Assembly: GCA_002245135.1 (NCBI GenBank) | Contig: NGBS01001218.1 | Coordinates: 1-37,816, forward strand | Length of the DNA stretch: 37,816 nt | Reading direction: 5' to 3' | DNA from: Proteromonas lacertae | Lineage: Eukaryota | In this document: positions 23,034-33,389 of the stretch, in pieces | Layout of the letters: the number at the start of each line of letters is the position of its first letter | How positions within the stretch are numbered: position 1 is the first letter of the stretch | The notes under the pieces: generated by a model | What the model was told of the DNA's origin: nothing | Seen by the model: the letters and a program-made list of their open reading frames with translations, nothing else | Database searches by the model: none | Translations under genes and position numbers: made by a program

Positions 23034-23687
23034 TTGACAATAAATCATAATAAAACTACTATAATGATCAAATGTGCTAAACCATCTGAAGGAGAAGAAG
23101 GAGAAGAAGATAGAGTAAAAGAAGAAGGAAGTGTTGAACTATTAGAAAGCAAAGCAACTGAAGGATTTGAAGATGAAAATGATAATGAATTTGAATCAGA
23201 AAAACCATCTGAAGAATTACCTGAAATTAAGAATGAAAATAAAAATGTAGATGAATCAGTAAGAAGAAAATCTTCCCAAGAGAGTGCTAGATTAAGATCA
23301 TTTGTCAATCATTATGTTGATAATACAATAAGAGATATTGTTCAAGATGAAGAACAAAGTACAACAAAACAACAACAACCATATGATGGCAATGATGGTA
23401 ATTCTGTAAATGCACAAGAATCCAAATTCACTGAAGATGGATTTGAGAATGAATCATTTGATACAACTACAAAAACAAATGCAGAAAATAATGAAGGAGA
23501 TTAAGTAAAACCTGAAGAGTCAAAACTAACTGAAAATTTTGAAGGAAATGATGAATTTGCCTCTGAAAAACCATCAGAAGAAATACCAAATAAAGAAACA
23601 GAAGAAGAAGGTAATGTAAAGGCAACTGAAAGTAAAGCAACTGAAGGTTTTGATGATGGAGATGATTTTGATAATTCACTTGAATAG
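23034..23687 (+). pseudogene. Acidic repetitive protein fragment with an in-frame TAA at 23502-23504
   Basis: Peptide repeats ESKATEGF and SEKPSEE occur on both sides of the stop in the same frame, through TAG at 23685-23687. Confidence 0.6.
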
Positions 23688-23842
23688 AAAACTTATAAAT
23701 ATTTTGTTCTTTTATTTATTATACTTCAATATTATATTAATCTTATTTTCTAATAATATTATGTTCCTTTTGTAAATTTTGAATAATTAATAAAAAAAGG
23801 ATGATATATATATATATATATATATAAAGAATTACAAACTTA

Positions 23843-24680
23843 TTATTTTTTCCAAATACTTTTTAATTTATCAGCAGCACGACCTAGAAATCCAAATGGA
23901 TTATGTCTCGATTCATAACACTCATTTTCACTTTTCGCAAATTCTTTCAACTATTCTCTTTGTTTATCACTTATCTTACTATATCAATATAATGATAATA
24001 ATAATAATATATACGTTGGTATTCTTACAGTATAATGCAATATTTGATAGCCTTTACTAAATCCATTTGATTTTACAACAGCTTTATTTCTTAATATCAA
24101 TCTATCACCATTATCTATACCAGGTGGGATTTTAACTTCTACTACTTTTGTTTTTCTTTCCTATATATAAATGATAATAATAATTATATATATATATATA
24201 CTATTCCATTACCATGACAATGACTACATTTCTCTTGTTTTGTACCTGGTGCTTATTATAATAAATATAATAAATATATTATATCCACTACCACTGCATT
24301 TACTACATTGAACCATTCTTGACAATTTTACATCTTTATTACATCCTTTTATTGATTCTAAAAGTGTTAAATTTAAATTATAATGTAAATCATTTCCTCT
24401 TTCAGGAATATCTGTATTTTGATCCATTTCGAATATGTCTTCAAAATTAATACTACCTCCTCCATTGCTAGAATAACTGGCAAATTCACGGAATATATCT
24501 TCAGCAGACATTCCTCCATTGAAACCACCAAAACCACCTTATCCTCCCATCATGTTGGGATCTACACCTGCAAAACCGAATTGATCGTATTTCTTATGTT
24601 TTGCATCTGTTACTTCTACAAATTTCTTCTGTGCTTCTTTATCGCCTTTATTTCTATCTGGGTGATATTTTTTGTTTTTA
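23843..24680 (-). pseudogene. dnaJ: Type I DnaJ/Hsp40 pseudogene with short spliceosomal introns
   Basis: [17 protein letters not shown] region, EDIF, CSKCSGSG, CSHCHGNG, VKIPPGIDNG; GT-AG introns 23979-24014 (36 nt) and 24161-24201 (41 nt); stops at 24539-24541 and 23951-23953; internal deletions. Confidence 0.9.
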
Positions 24681-24937
24681 CATAATTCATTTTCCATAGA
24701 CACAATATAAAATACAAAACATAATAATAATTATAACATGTCATTAACTATTTAAATACTAGTAAAGTATGAATTATCCCATCTTGTTGAATCAATAGCT
24801 AATGATTTTGTTCTTTCCTATCTATTTCATTATTACAAAAACTAATTATCTTCATTAATTAAAGAAGAGGTAGATCTAGCTCTCTTTCTAAACATTCCTG
24901 ATTTTAATAAGTTGAATATCAACATCAATATTACTAT

Positions 24938-25140
24938 TGTTATACGCCGTTGGGAGATTTGCGCCAATGGGAGATAAATGGATTTTATTAAAAACTAATT
25001 TGACAGTAGAGAGTTTGGTAGCGAGTTATATTCAAATGAGATGAATAAGATGTGAAAAAATTGATGTTAAGGTAATTAAAAATGCAAAAATAAAAATCTA
25101 GTTCAAGCCTCTTTCAAGCCTACTTTTTCAATTTCAATGT
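24938..25140 (+). repeat. Diverged relative of the TGT-ended MITE family
   Basis: TGTTATACGCCGTT resembles terminus TGTTGTGCGCCGTT; TCAAGCCTCTTTCAAGCCTA resembles spacer motif TCAAGCCTCACTCAAGCCTA. Confidence 0.45.
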
Positions 25141-25770
25141 TATGTATAAAGAAACAAAAATTATTATTAAGGAGCTATATCCTGAAGAAATAATCAACTG
25201 ATCAGAGACTACAACACATACCATCCGACTATGGATAAAGAATGTTTAATCTATTATATCTCTCTAGTAACTAGATATACTTTTTACTTCTTCTTCAAAT
25301 TTAGGAGCTTTGCTGTATGATTTATAAATTATGTTAAGATAATGTTTATGTAAATTTCATTATTGTCAATTTCGAAATGTTATTGTAAAAGAAAAATTAT
25401 AATTATACCATTACAATAAAATTATATCTTAAATACATCATTTATTTATTCAATTATTATTTCAAATAAATATCATAATCTAGCATATTTCTTGTTTAAA
25501 GCAAGAGTGCGGGAATTTATTAATAATATTTATTGTATATAATTATTATATTGATCTTGTAGGATTTATATTATTAATATACTGCTCTTTTCTATATAAT
25601 AATTATTATCCTATAATACCATTTATATCTTTAATTCCAGTATTTTGTAATGAAAAATATAATGCACTATCTGCAAATAAAATACTCATTTCATATACAC
25701 TATAATATGTAGGAGAAATATTAAGAGAAATATCATACTCATTGTATTTAAGGCATCACTTACTAAAAAT

Positions 25771-28173
25771 CAGGGTTGTATTTATCGGTTACCGACGGAA
25801 ATAGGTCAAAACCTATAGGTTTTGTCTTGACATTCAGTCGGTCAAGCCTTACAAGCCGTATATTATAAAATCTATTTTAATTCATTATATACTAATTTTC
25901 CTTTTATAAAAACTATCTTATAATATATTTTAATACTTGATTCATATATTTTCAATTCAATTAAATAATTTTTAACTTTTTATAAAGAATTACAATTTAA
26001 TACTCAACACTAATTAGGTATTTTATATAATTATGTTCTTATTTATTTCTACTAATCATCAGTTTCATTTGTAATCTATCACATGATAAATTTGATTTGG
26101 ATAAGTTACTTATTTGTCCAGCCTCGGAAAATATTCTTTCTGGCTCTGAAGATGTTGCTAGACTGTTTAAACTGTTATTGGCAAGTATGTATACCCTAGG
26201 AAACTTGGACTTTAATGATAGCCAGATATTTCCAATGGTTTCAGAGGTGCTGTAATGAATATCATATTGCAAATATTCTTGTACTTCATTTGGCATAATT
26301 AATCTCTTTATATTTACTACTTTTTCAAGATATTTATCTAATGTAGTTTCTTCTATTGAATATGTTTCTTCGATTTCAGTAATTATATAAATCAATGAAT
26401 TAATTAATATACTTTTAGATTTTTCAAATTCTGAATCGCTAAACCCTAGAGTACTATGAAGAATGAATGATTTTACTCTAGGGTCTAACATGCAGCACAA
26501 CAGAGTCAAATCACTATTATTACATATATTATTTAGTCTTTTTATCATATTAATTTTGATACTCTCAGCATATTCCTGTATCTTTGTTGGATAACCTGTT
26601 TTGAATTCAAATAAAGTCTGTTTATAATGTAAAACAGCCATTCCCATAGTCATGTCTCTATCTTCCAATATCTTAGTAAGTTTGTATAATGGTTCGAGTA
26701 TATCACATAGTTTATCTAGAATAACATACGCTATATTGATAGGGGAAGGGATAAATTTTAGCAACTCATCTTCTTTTGGTTTTATGGCATTAACTATACC
26801 TATAAGTTTTTCTTGGTTATACTGTTTAAGATTGTTTTTGTATTCATTTGTTTTTTCTTCATAATATTGATGCAATATTTCTTTACTTTCATAAAATTTC
26901 TTTAACATAATATATAAACTATTCCACCGAGTTGTCGTTAAAGTAGGTATACATAAATTGAGCTTATTTTTGTTTACGACGGTTCTTAGTTGTTTACCTA
27001 GATCTACAAATACTTTTACATTAATATCTATAACTCCTCCTTTAACCATAGCCCCAGTAATAGCAAGCTGAAGGCTATGGTTCATACATCTTACATTTGT
27101 TACACATGCATCTCTTATACCTTTCACCATATTCTTTCCATTGTCTGAAGTAACTGAAGTTATTTCAAATCCATACATTTCTTTTATGAAATATATTGTG
27201 TATGTAATTGTGTCTGCCTTTTCATTAACAACTTCTACAACACCAAGTGTTATTGTAACTAATTCAAACAAATCGTTGAAATAACATCCACTAATAGCTA
27301 CTAGTTCACTGGAATGCTCCGATTTCCACCCATCTATAGCAAGTGCGACTTCTTTACCATTTAAATCTTTCTTTAATTTATCCAATAAAAAATATAAAAA
27401 TAATATACAACAATTTCTATGTTTCTTTTAATTAAAAAGTCATTATATACTACTCTTCTTGATAGAACACAGTAGTGCTTATATGATCGTAAGTGATGAA
27501 ATCAAATAAGCTTTGTTCTATCTCATCATTGTTTATCTTTACATCTTCATCTACACAATTATGTGAACTAATTTGGTGAAGTTTGACAGCCTTTCCATTT
27601 TTCACGTTACAAGCGTTTCGAACACCACAAAATATGCAAATGCATTTATCAAGGCTTTTTATCTTTAACATATTATACCAACAGTTTTTGTAAAAGTTAA
27701 AATTAAGATGTTTAAGCATATTTGCCTCTTTTAAGGCAATAACTTCATGAGCCGCTCCAATTGGTAAAACTATACTCCTAGAATATATAATGATAAATTA
27801 TATTAGATAAATTTATGATAATTTTAAGAAATGATTAATGTCAAGCTAAAAGTTTGCCATTTTTTCTTTCAAATTTTTATAATCATTCTATACTTTATAT
27901 TACATATATAACACAATAGAATAACTCATTGGTAAGGTTAGATTCAATTATGAAGAAAGAAAAAAGCGCATCGACCGACGGTTAATTCGGTATTTTATAG
28001 AATGATATATAGAGCTTGAATTCAATATGTACAGTTAGATAATATTATTAATATCACATGTTTAGGAGGAGGTCAGCTAATAGTTACTACAGCCTGGTGT
28101 CGGTCAACATTTGTTTATTGACCTACGACCGATCGGTTTTCTCCTTCGGTCATGACCGATTTATACAACCCTG
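25771..28173 (-). mobile_element. Second hAT transposon, defective, no TSD
   Basis: TIRs CAGGGTTGTATTTATCGGT (25771-25789) and reverse complement CAGGGTTGTATAAATCGGT (28155-28173), 17/19; flanks CTAAAAAT and ATTATGAG differ; subterminal ACCGAC/GTCGGT motifs. Confidence 0.93.
26039..27788 (-). pseudogene. hAT transposase, broken between 27385 and 27450; start aligns to an ATA codon
   Basis: CIFC..H...H BED-like part; IDGW, TSDNGKN, RCMNHSLQL, TRWNS, SSEPERIFS; homologous along its length to 4417..6135. Confidence 0.92.
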
Positions 28174-28201
28174 ATTATGAGTATATAATGTTAGAGGAAA
28201 T

Positions 28202-28365
28202 CTAATTATTGTATCCATAAAGAACTGTTTCATATCATCCTTAAAGTATCTTTTATCATCATGTATGCCGTATAGATATGATGATTTCTACTTCTAATAT
28301 GATTATTACCAAACTTCTGTTTAGAAATATATTCATCAACCATTTCATAATAGTAACATTATAAT
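28202..28365 (-). pseudogene. polB: C-terminal remnant of a second protein-primed PolB
   Basis: Three successive minus-strand frames read HIRSRNHHIYT / HDDKRYFKDDM / TVLYGYNN*, matching FRVLDQHIYT..DDKRYF..TLPYGHY of the first polymerase. Confidence 0.8.
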
Positions 28366-28375
28366 AATGAAAGAA

Positions 28376-28643
28376 AGGGGGCCAGAGCACAGTGTGCTCT
28401 AGCCCCCTATGGTTTTTTGATTCAAAAAAATGGCCCCATATTGTTTTTTCACCATTAGAAACGTTTTTAATGCATAATAAATACATCAATCGATTTCTCT
28501 ATTTATGCTGGGCTCATATATGCCCTTAGTTTGACTTTCTGATCATAATCGAAATTTAATTTTCTTAAAAAAATTCAAAAAACAATGATAGATAGGATGG
28601 CTACCATACTGTGTGATATGACAACATATGGTGACCATCCTAT
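28376..28643. repeat. Non-coding cluster of inverted repeats
   Basis: AGGGGGCCAGAGCACA-G-TGTGCTCTAGCCCCCT (28376-28408); TTTTTTGATTCAAAAAA; ATAGGATGG..CCATA..TATGG..CCATCCTAT (28592-28643). Confidence 0.75.
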
Positions 28644-28955
28644 GTAATAAAAAAAAATGGAGTTCAAGTCAAATCTCGAAACGCATCTATTTTTCTAAGT
28701 GTTATAGTTAGAGCTAGGATTAGTTTGAATTCATAATAAATATATCAATTGATTTGTTTTCTTTTTCTCTATCTTTCTATGTATTTATTTTTTATGTTTG
28801 ACTATAATTGAAATATAATTTAACAAAAATAATTTTTGGCGTATAATTAGCTACGCATATATACATACACTTATAATATCCCCAAATAAACACTATTTTA
28901 ATTATAAATAATATTTTAATTTTTTAATGAAATTGAAATAGAATTACTGACTTAA

Positions 28956-29366
28956 TTAGCAGTCAAATATATCTATTGGTATGGCATCATCATTGTCATC
29001 ATCAAATGCTTTTCTTCTTTTCTTTGTAGGTTCATTTGTTTGAATGATTTCATTGTCTTTCTTTTCTTCTTCTTCTTTTTCTTCTTGAAGGTGTTCTTGT
29101 TCTCTATCTTCATTATTTTTAATAGTTTCCTTAATAGTTTCGATTAATGATTTCATTTTCACAATAACATCTTCTTCAACTGTTTGTTTTTCAGCTGGCT
29201 CTTCAACTGGTTCTACAACTGGTTTATCATTTGTTAATTCAACATCATCTTCTATTTCACTCTCTGTTTCAATCTCTTTTACTAAAGCTGCTACAACATT
29301 TCCCCATTCGTCATCATATTCCATATTATAACCTGTTATCATATCTCCATCCCCTAATTCTGTCAT
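28956..29366 (-). CDS. Acidic hypothetical viral protein with an NLS-like PTKKRRK
   Basis: 136-aa ORF, E/D-rich. Confidence 0.6.
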   Translation of the reverse strand: MTELGDGDMITGYNMEYDDEWGNVVAALVKEIETESEIEDDVELTNDKPVVEPVEEPAEKQTVEEDVIVKMKSLIETIKETIKNNEDREQEHLQEEKEEEEKKDNEIIQTNEPTKKRRKAFDDDNDDAIPIDIFDC

Positions 29367-29449
29367 TGTATCAGATGTTAATGTTTTTAATGAATCATAT
29401 ATGTAGTCAATTTTACGATCTATCTATATATTGATAAAACTTTTATAAA

Positions 29450-29782
29450 TTATACAATTGACTTAGGTTTTGAATTTTTATACTCCAAACAATAAATTAA
29501 TTCATTTTTAAAGTCTTTATAATAATCCACTCTAAACCTTGCATCTCTAATCCAGATGGATTTAAATCTATCCACCAGACTTTGTATATTAGGTATTAAT
29601 CTAGTGCCTTTAAAACTATATAACATAATATGATAAATATACTGGTATCTACTTAAATATCTGAAGTTTTTAGCTACATCTTGTAAATTAACCAACAAAA
29701 TGTCATATTCAGCTTCATCATGTACTACTTTTACTTTTACTCTGTAAACTACTTCTTGTTTTAAAATAATTTTGTTATTCAT
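29450..29782 (-). CDS. Hypothetical viral protein
   Basis: 110-aa ATG-started ORF with globular composition. Confidence 0.55.
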   Translation of the reverse strand: MNNKIILKQEVVYRVKVKVVHDEAEYDILLVNLQDVAKNFRYLSRYQYIYHIMLYSFKGTRLIPNIQSLVDRFKSIWIRDARFRVDYYKDFKNELIYCLEYKNSKPKSIV

Positions 29783-30189
29783 GATGATATTTCAAAAATA
29801 ATTAATAATATAACTGCCAAACTCAAACCAGTATTCAAACTTGTATATTTTTTAATATTTATATACAGGGTTAGCACACAATCTAACTATAATTTATATA
29901 TACTTACTAGGGTATATACCCATCTCAATTATATCAATATCTTATTTCAGGCAATAATTTAAATCATCTTTGATTATGAAACATATATGAAATCTAACTA
30001 TATCAATCGATTGCTTATGATATGCCATATAATAAGAAACACATCAGATTATTCATTATGTCAATGGATCGTGAGATATTATTTTTTTTAACAAACCTCA
30101 AACATTTGTATTACTAAACAAACAATAACTTTATTGATTAGACCCATAAAAATTTAATAATATATATAATAGCAAAAAATACAAAGAAT

Positions 30190-30690
30190 ATGCCTGACCA
30201 TTTAACATATAATATGCTTAGACAACCTAACGGTGAATATGCTTTTTACATTCATAGATATAGAGACAATAGAGCACATAGATGGGTTATTCAATTTCCA
30301 ATTAAAACAATGAAAATATTAAAAAGAAATAAAGTAAAGGTGTTTATATGTGGTTCACTCAGAACTAATAGAAATGATCCAGAAGTACTAGGTGATTATA
30401 GATATCATGGTGATCAATTAATGATAAACCTCAAAACCTATGGGTATGACAGAAGAGCTTCAATATTAGTAATGAATAGAAAATTAAGAAATGGAGAACA
30501 TGAGTATGCAGATGGTGATTGTATTCCTCAAAAATTTAAAAAATATGTTTTTCATCATATGAGTTATCAATGGAATGGAGGGAATTTTTATCACATACAT
30601 CCAGTTGATAGAAATGTTGCTGATGGAATTAGTAGTAGTAGTAGTAGTGATAGTAGTAGTAGTAGTAGTAGTAGTAGCGACTCTGATTAA
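30190..30690 (+). CDS. Hypothetical basic/His-rich viral protein with a poly-Ser tail
   Basis: 166-aa ORF; tail encoded by (AGT)n; TGTTTGTT at 30720-30727 downstream. Confidence 0.7.
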   Translation: MPDHLTYNMLRQPNGEYAFYIHRYRDNRAHRWVIQFPIKTMKILKRNKVKVFICGSLRTNRNDPEVLGDYRYHGDQLMINLKTYGYDRRASILVMNRKLRNGEHEYADGDCIPQKFKKYVFHHMSYQWNGGNFYHIHPVDRNVADGISSSSSSDSSSSSSSSSDSD

Positions 30691-30794
30691 ATACTTAAAA
30701 ATTCTATTATTATTATATATGTTTGTTTTTGTTTGATAAACATACTATTAATAGTTACTATATTTTAAATAATATCAATTATAAAAATCACAAC

Positions 30795-31166
30795 ATGTCT
30801 TATTATGGAGGATGGCCAAAAGGGTTTAAAATTAGTAAAGACTGGAATACATATATTCCTAAATCAGTTAATAGGAGTAAATGGAGAAAGAGCTATGATT
30901 TGTATAGAGACAAAGTAAAGAATGCACTACAAAACAAAACAAAAGTTAAATTACAATATAGACAATTAATGAAAATGTATGAACGATTATTAGCTGCTAA
31001 TCCACCTAAACAAAGAGCAAGACCAAAAGGAAGTAAAGATAGAGCAAAACGTAAACCAAGACGAGCCGGGCCACGAGCCGCGCCAAAGAATGATCCACAT
31101 CGTATAGTTGTGCATAATGGCAGGCATTATCAGTATGGTATTCCAGTTCCTAATATGGATAATTAA
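30795..31166 (+). CDS. Small basic protein, candidate virion core/DNA-condensing protein
   Basis: ATG at 30795; K/R-rich, RARPKGSKDRAKRKPRR is AT-hook-like; TGTTTGTT at 31215-31222 downstream. Confidence 0.6.
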   Translation: MSYYGGWPKGFKISKDWNTYIPKSVNRSKWRKSYDLYRDKVKNALQNKTKVKLQYRQLMKMYERLLAANPPKQRARPKGSKDRAKRKPRRAGPRAAPKNDPHRIVVHNGRHYQYGIPVPNMDN

Positions 31167-31280
31167 AGTAATTCTTTATATATATATATATTTTTTTTTA
31201 TGTAATGTTATGTGTGTTTGTTTTTTTGGTGTTTGGTACTGCTATATCCGGCGGCCACTTGACAACTTGAATTGTAATAT

Positions 31281-31351
31281 AAGTTACAACTGGCGCCAGT
31301 TGTAACTTGAATTGTGATGTATCCTACAACTTGGGCCAGTTGTAAGATACA
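31281..31351. promoter_or_regulatory. Tandem related palindromes between convergent genes
   Basis: Perfect 28-bp AAGTTACAACTGGCGCCAGTTGTAACTT (31281-31308); imperfect 34-bp TGTATCCTACAACTTGGGCCAGTTGTAAGATACA (31318-31351); function inferred only. Confidence 0.6.
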
Positions 31352-31402
31352 AGTTTAACCAAAAGAAACATAATATAATATAATATAAAAAATAAAAAAA
31401 AA

Positions 31403-31639
31403 TTAAATAGTCATTTTCCTTTGTTTAGTGATTTCAATAAGAGACTGAATATCCTTAAGTGTCTTATCATGTTCTAATCCTTTATTCATCATGGCATCTA
31501 TATTATTTCTAAGTTCTTCTATGTCTGTATTGTTTGGAATACAATTGTGTGCCTTTAAGTATTTGAAAAGAGCCAAAGCTATCATATACAATACAAATAC
31601 GAGAACTGAAAGCAAAACAGTTATTACATCAAAGTCCAT
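31403..31639 (-). CDS. Small single-pass membrane protein with coiled coil
   Basis: VITVLLSVLVFVLYMIALALF followed by a heptad-like region. Confidence 0.65.
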   Translation of the reverse strand: MDFDVITVLLSVLVFVLYMIALALFKYLKAHNCIPNNTDIEELRNNIDAMMNKGLEHDKTLKDIQSLIEITKQRKMTI

Positions 31640-31707
31640 GTGTGTTTATGAGAATCTTATATAAGAAAAACAAAATTAATCAAAGTAATGTATTTATTAT
31701 CAATAAA

Positions 31708-32313
31708 CTAACTTACAAGACATTGGTTATTATTAATATATTCATCCTTAATGGATCTTGGTGATATTGGAGATAAGTCATAATCTGTGAGATTGACATT
31801 GTCATTGTCATTTTCAAGCTTGACTTGTATTTCTTCTATTTCTTTATTACTACTATCATTAGGAGGAGGAGGAGGAGGTAATATATTAGCTTCATGATTC
31901 ATCATAATAATACTTTCTAATAATTGATGAGTTTTTTCAAAAGATGGGTTTCTTTTCTCCTTAATCTTGTTAACACACTCAAGGAACATATTAGGTGTAA
32001 TGCGCACAGTCTCATCTACATCAGAAATACCTAATCTTTGAATTAATTTCTCTTTACTCTCATCCCACCAACATCCATTTTTGAATCTATATTCCAAGTC
32101 TAATCTATACTGTTCATCGACGTATTTGAGTATATATCTGATCTCACTATAAGTTAATTCCTTTTTCTCGCCACATATCAAATTCCATAATTTATATTTG
32201 GTTGGTGCCCTCATTTTGCCATCCTTTCTAAAGCAATTAATGAGTATTTGTTTATCAGAGTTCCAAAAGTTATATGGCACTGTTCTAAATTTGTGTTCCT
32301 GATCGTTATTCAT
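31708..32313 (-). CDS. Hypothetical viral protein
   Basis: 201-aa ORF with a poly-Pro linker and acidic tail. Confidence 0.65.
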   Translation of the reverse strand: MNNDQEHKFRTVPYNFWNSDKQILINCFRKDGKMRAPTKYKLWNLICGEKKELTYSEIRYILKYVDEQYRLDLEYRFKNGCWWDESKEKLIQRLGISDVDETVRITPNMFLECVNKIKEKRNPSFEKTHQLLESIIMMNHEANILPPPPPPNDSSNKEIEEIQVKLENDNDNVNLTDYDLSPISPRSIKDEYINNNQCLVS

Positions 32314-32398
32314 TTTAAAAAAATAAAAGTGTAATTAATACTAATAATGACAATATTGACATTATTAACGAATTTATTTTCAAAATAGATTTTATCTT

Positions 32399-33358
32399 AT
32401 GTTAGTTTCGAATCATCGTGTATACTACTTAAATTCTGATATGATTGTATTATCTGATTCCATGGGTGGAGGAAACAAGTATAAGAAGACATTAAAATTG
32501 CAATCATTCGATGATGATTATACTCATGTCAGCTTATTACATGCTGTTATACCCAATTCATTCCCAACTATACAGGAAGAAACAAATGATGAGTTTTCAT
32601 TAGTATTCACATTGGGATGGAGACATGATGTTCAAGTAGATACACCAAAGTATCCAAACATCATAAAACACCTCAAAATACCAGAAGGATTCTATGATGA
32701 AACTCAGATATTAAGTATGATCAATAATTTAGTCAAAAATATGACATATGATGTTTTTGGAATAAATGATGCTGCATATAATACTGAAGGTTCACATGTG
32801 TCTATTATACAAGGAAAAGGAGATTTATTTCGTATAGACAATTTCGATGATAATCAAACATATCATATTGAGGTAGCTAATGATATGAATATTATATACT
32901 ATCAAAAAGACCCAGTATATTGGATAGAAAAATTAGAGATCATCACCAAAGATCTTAGTTACAAAATATTAGGTATACCTAAAAACAATTACTGGTGTTG
33001 TTTTAAAGAATATATTCCATCTGAAGAACCAGAGAATCAACAAGAAATTATGGTTAAGCCATTCCCATTTACTCAATTACCATTTCGTCCTTCTTTGATA
33101 TGGGTTAATTCTATATCTATTAGATTAGACATAGTGAATATTATGCAGGATTCAAATGTATTAGAAAATATACCCGTTTCAAATCCTGAGTTACCATTTA
33201 TTACATATCAGAATAATGACATATTGAATACATCGAAGAGATTTAATAATACCTATAGCAATGGTATGATCACTATTCAGATTACTCAACAAAATGGTTA
33301 TGAACTTAATCTTGATAATATTGAGTTTAATTTAGATATTGTTGTATTTAAAGTCTAA
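32399..33358 (+). CDS. Minor capsid (penton) protein, single jelly-roll type
   Basis: VSLLHAVIPNSFPTI, IPEGFYD..ILSMIN, VLENIPV, ITIQITQQNGYELNLDNIEFNLDIVVF match the PLV/Polinton penton pattern; adjacent to MCP. Confidence 0.85.
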   Translation: MLVSNHRVYYLNSDMIVLSDSMGGGNKYKKTLKLQSFDDDYTHVSLLHAVIPNSFPTIQEETNDEFSLVFTLGWRHDVQVDTPKYPNIIKHLKIPEGFYDETQILSMINNLVKNMTYDVFGINDAAYNTEGSHVSIIQGKGDLFRIDNFDDNQTYHIEVANDMNIIYYQKDPVYWIEKLEIITKDLSYKILGIPKNNYWCCFKEYIPSEEPENQQEIMVKPFPFTQLPFRPSLIWVNSISIRLDIVNIMQDSNVLENIPVSNPELPFITYQNNDILNTSKRFNNTYSNGMITIQITQQNGYELNLDNIEFNLDIVVFKV

Positions 33359-33389
33359 TTTTTTTATTTCTTTATTCTTTTGTTTTCTA

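Noticed and set aside
23502..24541. Possible TAA/TAG reassignment suggested by in-frame stops in two host genes
   Set aside because: Long AT-rich ORFs such as the 572-aa transposase contain no internal TAA/TAG and end in TAA at the expected C-terminus; dnaJ has other lesions
28259..28489. ORF 28259..28489 as a gene
   Set aside because: Chimeric across the hairpin block and out of frame with the PolB remnant
30631..30677. (AGT)n run resembling a Polinton terminal tip
   Set aside because: In frame as the poly-Ser tail of ORF 30190..30690, internal to the element, with no inverted partner
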